Of a stretch of DNA of 64,000 nt, positions 50,198 to 60,548 are shown in pieces (the first letter of the stretch is position 1; every line of letters starts with the position of its first letter). Position numbers and translations under genes: made by a program. The notes under the pieces were generated by a model. It was not told the DNA's origin and searched no databases. It saw only the letters and a list, made by a program, of their open reading frames with translations. Source of the DNA: Tubulanus polymorphus (Eukaryota > Animalia > Nemertea); contig NC_134028.1 of NCBI RefSeq assembly GCF_964204645.1, forward strand, positions 18,297,653-18,361,652, given 5' to 3'.

Positions 50198-51445
50198 CTA
50201 ATACATAACACTATCTAATTGTGAATTTACAATATTTAATTGCGCGTCAGATATAATATAAATGTGCATTTTAAAATTTTTGATTCCCTTTTTCTTTGTC
50301 ATGAATAATTGTATTCCATCTTTTGTGTTCTGTAGTTTTTTCCCAGAACCATGTAATGAATTATCTTCAGTTGTTCTAAAATCTAACCATAATGCATATT
50401 TATTACCGGTATAATAATCAATTTGATTAATGTTACAATTTTCAAATGATTTTATTTTTTCATTCATAAAATGTTTTTTAATTTCTACCCATTGATCAAT
50501 CATTCTCATTCCTTGACAAAATATTTTATTCGCTATTCCTTCGATAGTTATTTCTACTTTTGTTATTTCAGGATTATAATAATTATCAACATTTATTGCA
50601 CCATTAGTATACGTTCCAATAGTAAAAAATATTAATATACCTTTAATAGATCTTCTAGGGAAGTTAATATTCTCATTAATAATTTCATCATTTGCATTAA
50701 TAGTTACAGTTTTAAGTTTATCAATATAATCATATAATAATGAAAACCCTTGATTATATTTAGTTTGAATTATACTTGAAATATTTTCATCAGTTACTGT
50801 ATCATATTCTAAACATATATTCGATAATTTATAACTCATATCTTTAACAACGCTAGATAATACAATTTCATTTACAGGAGCAAATGTTATCTCAAATATA
50901 ATATCTTCTTGAATTGCGTATTTATATAAAGGTGCATTATTATTTATCAATTCAAAGTCTAATGGAATTTTATATTTGCTTCCATATATACTTTTTATCA
51001 ATTTATCTACATCATTTGTTAATATTGCGCTATTAGCTTCTGATCTTAATTTATTTTGGTTTTCTGATTGAATTCCTTGTAATATCATATTATTTCTATT
51101 TTCTTTAGTTAACCATAAATCTTTATAATGCATAAATAAATTATAATCATCTAATGAGAAAACTGTTTCCGGACCAATCTTTATTGTTAACTTTTTAATC
51201 AAATATCTTCCAACATTATCAACAACATAATTATTATTATTACCGGCTACTGTTATATCGGCTGATAAATAAATACTATTTGGAACGTAAAAAGTATTTT
51301 GTGTTAATCTAGGAATTCTAACGTATAAAGTTTCATCGGGATTAATATTTGAAGGGTTATGAGTAATTATATGATGTGATCTTTCTGCTTTAATAGCATT
51401 AGATATTCTATGATTCTTCGAAGGACTTATATAACTCCCACTCAT
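50198..51445 (-). CDS. major capsid protein, probable double jelly roll (415 aa)
   Basis: Size, beta-rich pattern, NPSNINPDETLYVRIP...VPNSIYLSADI N-terminus and position in the element match Polinton MCPs. Confidence 0.8.
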   Translation of the reverse strand: MSGSYISPSKNHRISNAIKAERSHHIITHNPSNINPDETLYVRIPRLTQNTFYVPNSIYLSADITVAGNNNNYVVDNVGRYLIKKLTIKIGPETVFSLDDYNLFMHYKDLWLTKENRNNMILQGIQSENQNKLRSEANSAILTNDVDKLIKSIYGSKYKIPLDFELINNNAPLYKYAIQEDIIFEITFAPVNEIVLSSVVKDMSYKLSNICLEYDTVTDENISSIIQTKYNQGFSLLYDYIDKLKTVTINANDEIINENINFPRRSIKGILIFFTIGTYTNGAINVDNYYNPEITKVEITIEGIANKIFCQGMRMIDQWVEIKKHFMNEKIKSFENCNINQIDYYTGNKYALWLDFRTTEDNSLHGSGKKLQNTKDGIQLFMTKKKGIKNFKMHIYIISDAQLNIVNSQLDSVMY

Positions 51446-51465
51446 TTATTTAACAAAAAAATTAA

Positions 51466-52924
51466 TTATTTATTTTTTATCATATTCACTAACCCAAAAA
51501 TAATAGCACTTACAACTGTAATTAAAAATAAAATAATATGTTCAGCAGCAAAGTTAATAATGTTTCCTGCAGATTTCAATATAAAACCAACAATTGAAGC
51601 AATAACTCCTGGCAATGCTGCAGCAGATTTTTTAGATAGTTCCCATAAATATTTTGCTAATTTCTTTAAACCATCTTTAACTTTATCTTGTATAGAATTA
51701 TTACCTGGAGGTTTATCTGGTTTATTGGGAGTAGGAGTAGATTTCAAAGCATTTGATATTGCTAAACCAATTGTTGTAAATAACATAGTTACAGCTGTTA
51801 GAATTGAAAGAATTGTTATTCCTTCTAATTTAAATAATAACTTTATTCTGTCTTTTAATGATATTTCAGAATTTGGTTTAATCAACAAATCTTTAAAAAT
51901 AACTTTTAATCTATTAATATTATAATCATATGATTTTAATAATAATTTAATTTCTTCTTTTTGTAATTCTATGTTATATTTTAAATCATCTTTTTCTTTT
52001 TCTAAATATGCATTTCTTTTTTTAAATTCAATTTCTTCAATAACTTTATTATCTCTATCTAATTTTAGTTGTTCTATTTCTTTATTTTTTATCAGTTAAT
52101 TCTTTTTCTAAAGTTCTAATCTTAAAATCTCTTATACTTTTATTATGCGCAATTTTATCAGATGCAAGTCTTATACTAATAATTTCTCTAATTGCTTTAT
52201 CAGAAAATATATCTAAATCTTCTAATTCTTGATCTGTTGCATCAAGTAACCCATTCGGTAAAAGTTTTTCAATTGGAACTTTATTTTATTTAAGTTTACT
52301 AGTTTTGGAAGTTATATTCTGTTCAGAAGTTGTTTCTGTTTCTAAATTATTATCGATTGTTTCAAATAATTCATTAATTCCTTGTTTAAATACTCTTTCA
52401 TTTTTAATAATTTCTTCTTGTGTTACATCTTCTGGTTCATTACTATTTCTTATTCTTTTAATTCTAGATAGGTCTAACTTAAGCAAAGTTGATTCTGCTA
52501 ATATTTTTTCTTGTTTTTTATAAGAGATATCGATATAATAATCATCTTTCAAACGATAATAATATTCACCATCTAAAAACTTTAATTCTTGTACTAAAAG
52601 TCTAGCGCCTCTGGTATTGATATTATATCCAGATTTTTCAAATATAGGTTTGAAATTATAAATATATTCATTATATTCTAAATTTTGTTTTACTAAATCT
52701 GGATTTTCATTTTCAGGATTTATTCTCGATCTAGTTCTTCTATCAAATTCATCTGTTGATTGACCTTTAGAACCACTATCTGCTAAATTAGAATTATATG
52801 CTGATTCATCATCATTATCAATATTAGTTTCATTAAAATCAGGTTGTGGTTCATCATCAATATATCCTTCATTATTATTTCCCATTTCTCCCATTTCATA
52901 ATCTTCTCCACCTTCTACATCCAT
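51466..52924 (-). pseudogene. acidic/coiled-coil protein with C-terminal hydrophobic helices (one gene; stop at 52286, frameshift ~52090)
   Basis: ORFs 52286-52924 and 51466-51888 are joined by coding-like coiled-coil sequence; single TAAATG start at 52924. Confidence 0.65.
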
Positions 52925-52940
52925 TTACATAATAAAAAAA

Positions 52941-54329
52941 TTAAAATTTAAAATATAATATTCCTCCGATTACAATTCCTATACAAGTTATAGTTAATTT
53001 AGTATTTTCATGGGATTTATTATCATCATTTAGTTTAATTATATCATGTTGAATTTTATCAGTTCTATTATTTTCTGATGTATTGTAATCTTTTATTTTA
53101 GAATCATTATTTAATTTAATATTCTTAGTTTTAGTTTCAGTTGATTGAATGTGTTTTTTATTTTTTTCACCTTCCATTAATTTTGGAGCAGTGATAATCT
53201 TTTTATTTATATCATTTAACCCAAATGAATTATTTATTGTTGCAGTTTTAATTAGATTATTATAACCAATTATATTTCCCATCTTCAATACTAAATCATT
53301 AGAAATAATTAATAGATTAGGGCCTATACAATAATTAAGTCTTACATGAGATTTATCTAAATAATTTTGATATCTTATAATGTTTTCTGGAATCGATCTA
53401 TTTTTATCATTATGAATTGAATCTTCAAATAAAACTTTAAATTGTTTTTGTGTATCGAATGATGTATTCAAATTTCCAATTATCGGTGATCTTGTTTCAA
53501 CTTGCGCACCTAAAATACATATCAAATAAATTCTAATAGATTGATTTATTCTTTGTATACCTGATTTAGTAAAACCTTCACTATTCTCTAAAATAAAATA
53601 TACCCAACCATTATTGTTTTCTTGTTTTAAATGATCATAAAATTTCGGTAATTTATTGAAATTTAATGTTTCTAAATCCTTTGTTTCTATTTTACCATAA
53701 CCTAATTTATAATTATAGATATTGTAAAAACTATTAGATGGTATGGGAAGTGCACAATATTCTGCAATCTTTTTAGGGCAAGGAAGTGATCTTATTGTTC
53801 CAGTTTTTGTTCTAAAATCAGAATTATTTATATCTATATTAAATTCATTACAAATTTTATAAAACTTAGATAAATTAATATTATTATCTAATTCTTTAAA
53901 ATATCTAGATCCTGGTAAAGCGCACTCTAATTCATTTAATATTATTCTGATTTGAAAGTATGTATGAAATCTAAATAAACTTTGAATTAATTTATATTTA
54001 GAATTATTCAAATGATCATTCAAACTAATTCCACATCCTGTTGTTGCACAATAAACAGCAAAATTTAATTGATTCTGCCAATACTTCATATTAGATTTTA
54101 ATAACCATTGTTTTTCATCTTTCAATTTTTTAAAATTAATTAAATATACATGAAATATATTTTCCATCTTTGCATTAAAATTATTAGTTTCAGTAACATA
54201 AATATATAAATCAATTAATGAATCTAAAACTTCATTTCTATATGTAATATCTTTATTAAAATCTATTGCTGGAATATTATATTTAATTGATTTATTATAT
54301 CGGAAAGCTTTTGGAAAACTATCTACCAT
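52941..54329 (-). CDS. Polinton conserved protein with C-terminal membrane anchor (462 aa)
   Basis: Open frame; WQNQLNFAVYCATTGCGIS motif; terminal LTITCIGIVIGGILYF. Confidence 0.82.
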   Translation of the reverse strand: MVDSFPKAFRYNKSIKYNIPAIDFNKDITYRNEVLDSLIDLYIYVTETNNFNAKMENIFHVYLINFKKLKDEKQWLLKSNMKYWQNQLNFAVYCATTGCGISLNDHLNNSKYKLIQSLFRFHTYFQIRIILNELECALPGSRYFKELDNNINLSKFYKICNEFNIDINNSDFRTKTGTIRSLPCPKKIAEYCALPIPSNSFYNIYNYKLGYGKIETKDLETLNFNKLPKFYDHLKQENNNGWVYFILENSEGFTKSGIQRINQSIRIYLICILGAQVETRSPIIGNLNTSFDTQKQFKVLFEDSIHNDKNRSIPENIIRYQNYLDKSHVRLNYCIGPNLLIISNDLVLKMGNIIGYNNLIKTATINNSFGLNDINKKIITAPKLMEGEKNKKHIQSTETKTKNIKLNNDSKIKDYNTSENNRTDKIQHDIIKLNDDNKSHENTKLTITCIGIVIGGILYFKF

Positions 54330-54346
54330 TTATATAATTAAAAAAA

Positions 54347-54781
54347 TTAATAATTTATTAATTCTTTTAATAATTTATCTTGTTCTTCAACTGTTATATG
54401 ACCATTTAAACTTATTATATAATCTAGTGTGTTCTTTAATTTATTAATTTCTTTTATATTAGATTTTATTTTTTCTTTATTATTTTTTATATTTAATTTT
54501 GAACTTATACCAGTTAAAACACTTGAACTTAATCCTAACACACCAATTGATATAGCTAAAGGTGTTAATGGACTGAATATTGCTAGAAATGTTATTACAG
54601 AACTAATTGTAACCGAACCACTTATAATCAAATAATATATAATTTTACTTTTTAAATATTTTTTCTTTTAAACTTTTAAGTCACTTTCAAATTCTAATAT
54701 TTGTTTTTCTAAATATGTTTTTAATTTAGTTTTATTTATATCATGAGGAATAATATCAATACTATCAACTTTATCTTCCAT
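54347..54781 (-). pseudogene. two-helix membrane protein flanked by coiled coils (in-frame stop ~54669)
   Basis: TAAATG start at 54781 (MEDKVDSID) is in frame with the 94-aa hydrophobic ORF. Confidence 0.65.
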
Positions 54782-54800
54782 TTATTTAGAATAAAAATTA

Positions 54801-55223
54801 CTAATTAGTAAACTTATAAGCAACAAATATAACAATAACAGTTCCACCTAAAATCCATATTATTTCATATTTTTGTTGTTCTTTACTTGGGGTATAATAA
54901 TCTGATAATTTAGGTTTGTATAGATGTAATTTTTCTTTATTGGTTACTGCGTTATATAAACTCATTGCATCATCAAATGATTGAAAATCTCTATGTGAAA
55001 TCTTCTGATTATATAATTCTTTATTGATGTAATCCATATAGTTTTGCCTCTTTTCTCTATATTCTTCTGCAGCTTTATTGTATTTCTCTAACGCTAAGTT
55101 ATGTCTTCTTTGTTCTCCTAATGAACTATTTTTATCAATATGTTTAAATAAATAACCACCACCAGTAAATGCTAAAGCGTTAACAATTGCCGATCCTATA
55201 ATAGTTATAATTGCAGAAGCCAT
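54801..55223 (-). CDS. membrane protein with hydrophobic N- and C-termini (140 aa)
   Basis: MASAIITIIGSAIVNALAFTGGGYLF; IIWILGGTVIVIFVAY; first codons also present in E2 at 34415. Confidence 0.82.
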   Translation of the reverse strand: MASAIITIIGSAIVNALAFTGGGYLFKHIDKNSSLGEQRRHNLALEKYNKAAEEYREKRQNYMDYINKELYNQKISHRDFQSFDDAMSLYNAVTNKEKLHLYKPKLSDYYTPSKEQQKYEIIWILGGTVIVIFVAYKFTN

Positions 55224-55247
55224 TTATTTAACAAAAAAATTATGCAT

Positions 55248-55469
55248 TTATATGGGAGGAATATATTTTTGTTTTTCCAAATAATCAATAGTTAAATTAG
55301 ATAAAGTAACTGCTAATGTTAACTTTAAAATATCATTTATATCAAATCTATCAACATTAACACTTCCCATTTTGAATACTTTTTTTAATACCATTGAATA
55401 ACCAACCGTTCCAACTGATAGTAAGGCACCATTATATAATCCAGTTATTATCCACTTATTATCACTCAT
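55248..55469 (-). CDS. small hydrophobic protein (73 aa)
   Basis: Conserved with E2 34169-34390. Confidence 0.75.
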   Translation of the reverse strand: MSDNKWIITGLYNGALLSVGTVGYSMVLKKVFKMGSVNVDRFDINDILKLTLAVTLSNLTIDYLEKQKYIPPI

Positions 55470-55766
55470 TTATTTATCAAAAAAATTACTATCTTCAAAA
55501 TATTTAGTTATCTTAGTGATGATTAATTCAACATTTATTTCATTACTAGTTTCATTTGTATATATTTCAATTATTATTTTTTTAATATCATCAATTATAA
55601 AATCTTCATCTAATTCATAAAATCTTAAAGATTCTCTAATTAAATTAGTAATCTTTTCTACATTTAAAGTTTCTTTATCTATTGTTGTTTCATACTCAAA
55701 TGTTGTTTCATTAGAAAATGTAATATTTTTGATATGTGTTATTACATCATTAATGTTAAATTTCAT
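55470..55766 (-). CDS. acidic hypothetical protein (98 aa)
   Basis: Conserved with E2 33873-34172. Confidence 0.7.
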   Translation of the reverse strand: MKFNINDVITHIKNITFSNETTFEYETTIDKETLNVEKITNLIRESLRFYELDEDFIIDDIKKIIIEIYTNETSNEINVELIITKITKYFEDSNFFDK

Positions 55767-55844
55767 TTCTTTCTCACGTTTAAAATCAAATCCAAAACAT
55801 ATACTCGGTCCAACAGTTATATATTCATTTATATATCAATAAAA

Positions 55845-56600
55845 TTACTCTTTACATCTTATAACTAATTCATAAATTACAGGAAAGTTATTTAAATCAA
55901 TTAAGTATCCATTATGATTTCTTATTTCTAATTTAAAATTATTAAATTTAGGAATGCATGGTTTAAAATCACATTCTGTTAAATTATAATTTATTTGAGT
56001 TCCAAATTGTTTAACATTTTTTAGCGGTAAAATATTTAGTATACTAGAACTACAAATTGTTTCTTTAGTTGCTTCGAAAGTTTTTGTAGGCTCAATTAAA
56101 TTGCAATAAATATAAAAGTGTGTAAAAGGTATTATATTTGAGCTGCCTTCTGCGTTTCCAGTAACTGTAAGTGGTTTAATTCCTAACATTTTAGCTAGTG
56201 GTTTGTTTACCATAAATTTATGTTGTTCATTAGATATCTTTATTCTTATTTTATTAGTACTATCAATTTTATTAAATTTAATTTCAAATACAGAAGTGCC
56301 CCCGATTTTCAACCGAGCTCTTCTATTAATTTCCTGCGCTAATGATTCTAAATTATATAATCCTGGTTTTAAAAATATATGAAACCATTTATCTTTATTT
56401 CTCATATAAATCATAAACCCTCTATGTTCAAAAGTTTTATCCGATATATTATAAAAAGAATTACATAAACTTACATTAACTAATTTTAAATCTACACAAA
56501 TCTTAAATTCTCTATCTAATTGAACTAGTAAATTATGAGATTTATAATTTGTAAGCCTTCTAGAATCTACAAATATTCTGTATTCTTTTAATTCTACCAT
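55845..56600 (-). CDS. minor capsid (penton) protein (251 aa)
   Basis: IFVDSR N-terminus, KPGLYNL, FYIYCNLI, LEIRNHNGYLIDLNNFP C-terminus: pattern typical of Polinton single jelly-roll pentons. Confidence 0.78.
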   Translation of the reverse strand: MVELKEYRIFVDSRRLTNYKSHNLLVQLDREFKICVDLKLVNVSLCNSFYNISDKTFEHRGFMIYMRNKDKWFHIFLKPGLYNLESLAQEINRRARLKIGGTSVFEIKFNKIDSTNKIRIKISNEQHKFMVNKPLAKMLGIKPLTVTGNAEGSSNIIPFTHFYIYCNLIEPTKTFEATKETICSSSILNILPLKNVKQFGTQINYNLTECDFKPCIPKFNNFKLEIRNHNGYLIDLNNFPVIYELVIRCKE

Positions 56601-56617
56601 TTATTTTACATATTTTC

Positions 56618-56959
56618 TTATTCGAAATCTATTTCATGGTGCCCTTTTTCATTCTTACCTTTATATACGAAATAGAAATCTCCAGAACATAATTCTTCTA
56701 GATCTTCACTTGATAATCTATGAAATCTATCTGGTAAATATGTTCTGAATTTATATGTATTTCCTTTTAATCCTTCATATTCTAAATGAATTACTAATTT
56801 ATCTCCATATTTATTAGTAATTGTTTCAATGTTAGTAATTAAATATTTCTTGTGAATTGTTAACTCAGTTAGTTTTTTAAATTTATAATCTACAGATTTG
56901 ACGCTTGAAGTATCTTTAATTCTATCTAAGAATTCACTGTGTACTTGTTTACTCTCCAT
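56618..56959 (-). CDS. small conserved protein, possibly OB-fold (113 aa)
   Basis: Conserved with E2 32672-33025; lies directly after pPolB. Confidence 0.65.
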   Translation of the reverse strand: MESKQVHSEFLDRIKDTSSVKSVDYKFKKLTELTIHKKYLITNIETITNKYGDKLVIHLEYEGLKGNTYKFRTYLPDRFHRLSSEDLEELCSGDFYFVYKGKNEKGHHEIDFE

Positions 56960-56987
56960 TTATTATACAAATTTTTATTGAAATTTA

Positions 56988-59900
56988 TTAACACGCTAGA
57001 ATCCTTTTCATAATCTCATTTTCTTTTGTTTCTTCTCTTTTGAATTTTATATATTCATCTAAATTGCAACCATAGGCGACTGTGTGGATTCCATCATCTA
57101 AAATATATCTTTTATCATCAAATGGGTTTAGACTTATCTTCTCTATCTCTTCAATATACATTTCATGATCTTCAGATCTTAAACATTTCATCTTATGTTT
57201 TCTAACTTCTTCATTAAATATACAATTGATGTAATCTTTAAAATGAATATTCTATATTATAATCAGTTATTTCAAACATCCCATAAGGTTGTGGTTCCAT
57301 CATTGCCCAACCATAAAGATTATTTGCATCTATAATAATAATAATTTTGTATAATGTATAATAATTTATATCCAGGATTATCATTTACATTGAAATATCT
57401 ATCACCTAATACACCTGAAACACCTCCTCTTATAGATTTTTCAAATAATAGTAATTGATCTATATTTGTTAACAAATCCATTTTTATATCTGTAAATTTT
57501 AATCCACAATCCCATGTTAATCCTGGTGATGAATAACAATGACAAGGATCAATATTGAAATATTTTAGGTTTACATCTCTAAACCTTTCGAATATATCGG
57601 TTAATAATAATACATCTGATTTTAAATATAAATCTACTAATTGCCCATGATTTTCTATTTTGAAATGATTCCAAATATTCAATGTTCTATTATATACTTC
57701 ATCTTTAACATATTCATTTTTTAATTCATCATAGAATTGTTCTTTCAATAATTCAGTTATTTTAAAATCATTATGATTTTTATAGAAAGAATATGGAATT
57801 GCTCCTTTATATCTCATTAATTGAAAATCATCATAATTTGGGTAATATTCTTTTAATATCTTTAATTCATCATCAACTAATGATTTTGATAAGTTATCTA
57901 ATGAACTACTTAAAAATCTATATGAATCTATAAATCTTAAGCATCCAAATTGGAAAGATATATAATTCTCAGATGTTTTAGCTAACATTCTAAATTTATA
58001 AGTTGGTATTTTATCTTTTGATCTATTTGAATTTAATATTTCTATTTCATTATTGATTTCTTCTATTTTATGACATAACTGTTTGATGAATAAATGTGCA
58101 TCATATCCTGATAGATTATGAAATATAACTGGTACAAAGTTAATTTTCTTAGCTTGTAAGTTACAATTCTCATGTGCAGCGCCTCTAAACTTTCCATTCA
58201 AATGATCATGGTCTCTTACTTTTTTATCTTTATAATTAAATATCTTTTCACAATAATAACATTTATCTGCAAACTCAAATTCTTCTTTATCTTCTTCTGT
58301 CATAATTATTTCTTTATTTGTATTCAATAATTTACTAAATCTTATTTCATATTCAATTAATAAGTCACAAAAATGATTGATAACATTTTCATTTCTATAA
58401 TTATAATATTCACTTTCGATTAGTTCTGGATAATTAGATTTAATATATAACCCGAAAGCTGCAGCTGATTGATGAATCTTTTTAATAGTATTTGTTATTG
58501 GTGGTTCATCTGAATAATCACTTTCATTAGAATTTAATTTCTTTCTTTTATAATATATATCTTTTCTATCTTTATCTGTTAATTCTTTATTTAATGATTC
58601 AAAATCTCCATATATTACAAATGGTACTTTATTTTTGTAATCATATTTTTTGAATTCTAATATTTTATCCTTTTCATTTGGTAAAACTAATTTACAATAA
58701 TCATGATTATCACATAGTTGTTTATGATTTAATAATGTACTTTCATTACTGAATCTATGTAAACATTTTCTACATAGATATATTTTATGGTGATCATTTT
58801 CTGATTTGAAAAATAAATCTATTTGTTTAATCCACATATAATGATTCTCATAATATAGTATATCTATAACATCGTTTGAATCATAATCTTTTGATAGGTA
58901 TAAAGGTTCTAATGTATAATGTTTAATATTATTTCCTTTTGTATTTGGTAATTTAATTAAATCAAATACATTTATTTTAAGATTATTATCTCTTTCTATT
59001 TTTGGAATATTTTTAATTCTAACAGGATACTTATCTATCTTATAATTATTTTCAAATTGTTTATAATGAGTTAATCTATAAGTATGTTTATTATAATCTT
59101 CAACTGGATGTAAACAACTTATTATAACCCATAGAAAACATTTATCATCTTCATTTTGTACATTTATTACAGCATTAGTTTTAAATGGTAGTTTAATATA
59201 ACTTGATGCTTCAATATCTGGTTCTTTATAATATGATAAATTATTTTCATCAATTGGTTTTGATTTAGTTAACTTATTATATTTTGTGTTATAAACATGT
59301 AAAGTTATAAATATTATCTCATCAAATATTAAACCAGATCCTTCAAAATATTTCTCTTCTATTTTAGTTTTTACTTCATTATAACATTTATCTAATTTAT
59401 CATCTATATGTTGTTTAGAAATAATATGTTGTGAATGAGAATTTATATTATATATTGGTTTATCTTCAGATTTTATAAACTTTACTTTAGAAGATATACT
59501 TATCTTAGGATATTCAACATCTGTAATTATTTTTATTATTTCTTTCATATTTTCTAAATGTTTTTTATTTTCTTCTATTGTTTTTCCTTTATGAAATTTA
59601 AACTCGATAGCTGCTGGACCAATATCACTTTTAAATGCTTCGGTTATTTCTATATCTTTTTTATTATCTAATGAATTAATATAATTTCTTACATCTTCCA
59701 TATATGGTCTTTTATTGTTTAATTTATTTTTTATGCTTTTAATTGTCTTCTGTTTCTTATCGTTATCATTATCAAAATAATCTTCACCTAAAATATCATT
59801 ATTCTTATTTCTAATATGACTTATAGATTTTAAATGTTCTTTATAATATCTTTTATCACTGAATGATTGATTACATGTATCACATTTGTATGTTTCTTTT

Positions 59901-60058
59901 TCATCCTTTAATTCTTCTAATTTATTTTCTAATATATCATCTTTATACTCTAGTTTCAATTTATTCTCTAAATGTGTTCTAGTTTTATTGTGTCTTGCTT
60001 TTTGGGATTTATCTATATCGATATTACATGTTGGGCAGTAGTACTTATTTGCTTCCAT
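56988..60058 (-). pseudogene. pPolB, E3: 912-aa open N-terminal part, then frameshifting insertion in motif A and ~1-kb deletion
   Basis: Frame breaks at KLLYI|DANNLYG (~57335-57355). Sequence jumps from QPYG to NIHFKDY (~57255), losing KxxxNxxYGK and DTDS. Confidence 0.96.
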
Positions 60059-60548
60059 TTTAATACTATATTTTTTATTAAAATTGATTTTAGAAGTTCA
60101 ATAATTTAAATGTTATTCATATATATATGAATATTTTAAGAGTAATAGGGGTAATGGGCTTTCAGGCTAAAGGTTTAATGATCGAGTTCATTAAAAAACA
60201 AAATATTAAAAGTAATTAAAAAACTATAATATATTTTCATAACCGCGTGCATTTCAGTTGAATAATAGAATAATTATTATCATTTGAATATATTTGATTA
60301 TTTGAATTTGTGTATTGTAATTAAATCAATTGGTCGCGGAGCGGAGCGGTAGCGAAGTGGAGCGACCAATTGATTTAATACAATATGCTTTTTATATTAT
60401 TGATATCTTAGAATAAATATTTAGTTTTGATATAAAATGCACGCGGTTATGAAAATATATTATAGTTTTTTAATTACTTTTAATATTTTGTTTTTTAATG
60501 GGCTCGACCGTTCGACCTTTGGCCTGAAAGCCCATTACCCCTATTACT
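59970..60548. repeat. E3 right TIR (palindrome 60141-60548)
   Basis: Reverse complement of 42244-42822. Confidence 0.96.

Larger units (their letters stand above)
42244..60548 (-). mobile_element. Maverick/Polinton E3, near complete (18.3 kb)
   Basis: 579-bp TIRs (42244-42822, 59970-60548), 6-bp TSD AGTAGA (42238-42243, 60549-60554); pPolB, integrase, ATPase, major and minor capsid genes. Confidence 0.98.

Noticed and set aside
51410-51925. 171-aa plus-strand ORF and similar antisense ORFs inside the Polintons and the LINE
   Set aside because: Shadows of genes on the opposite strand; no TAAATG start or independent motifs.
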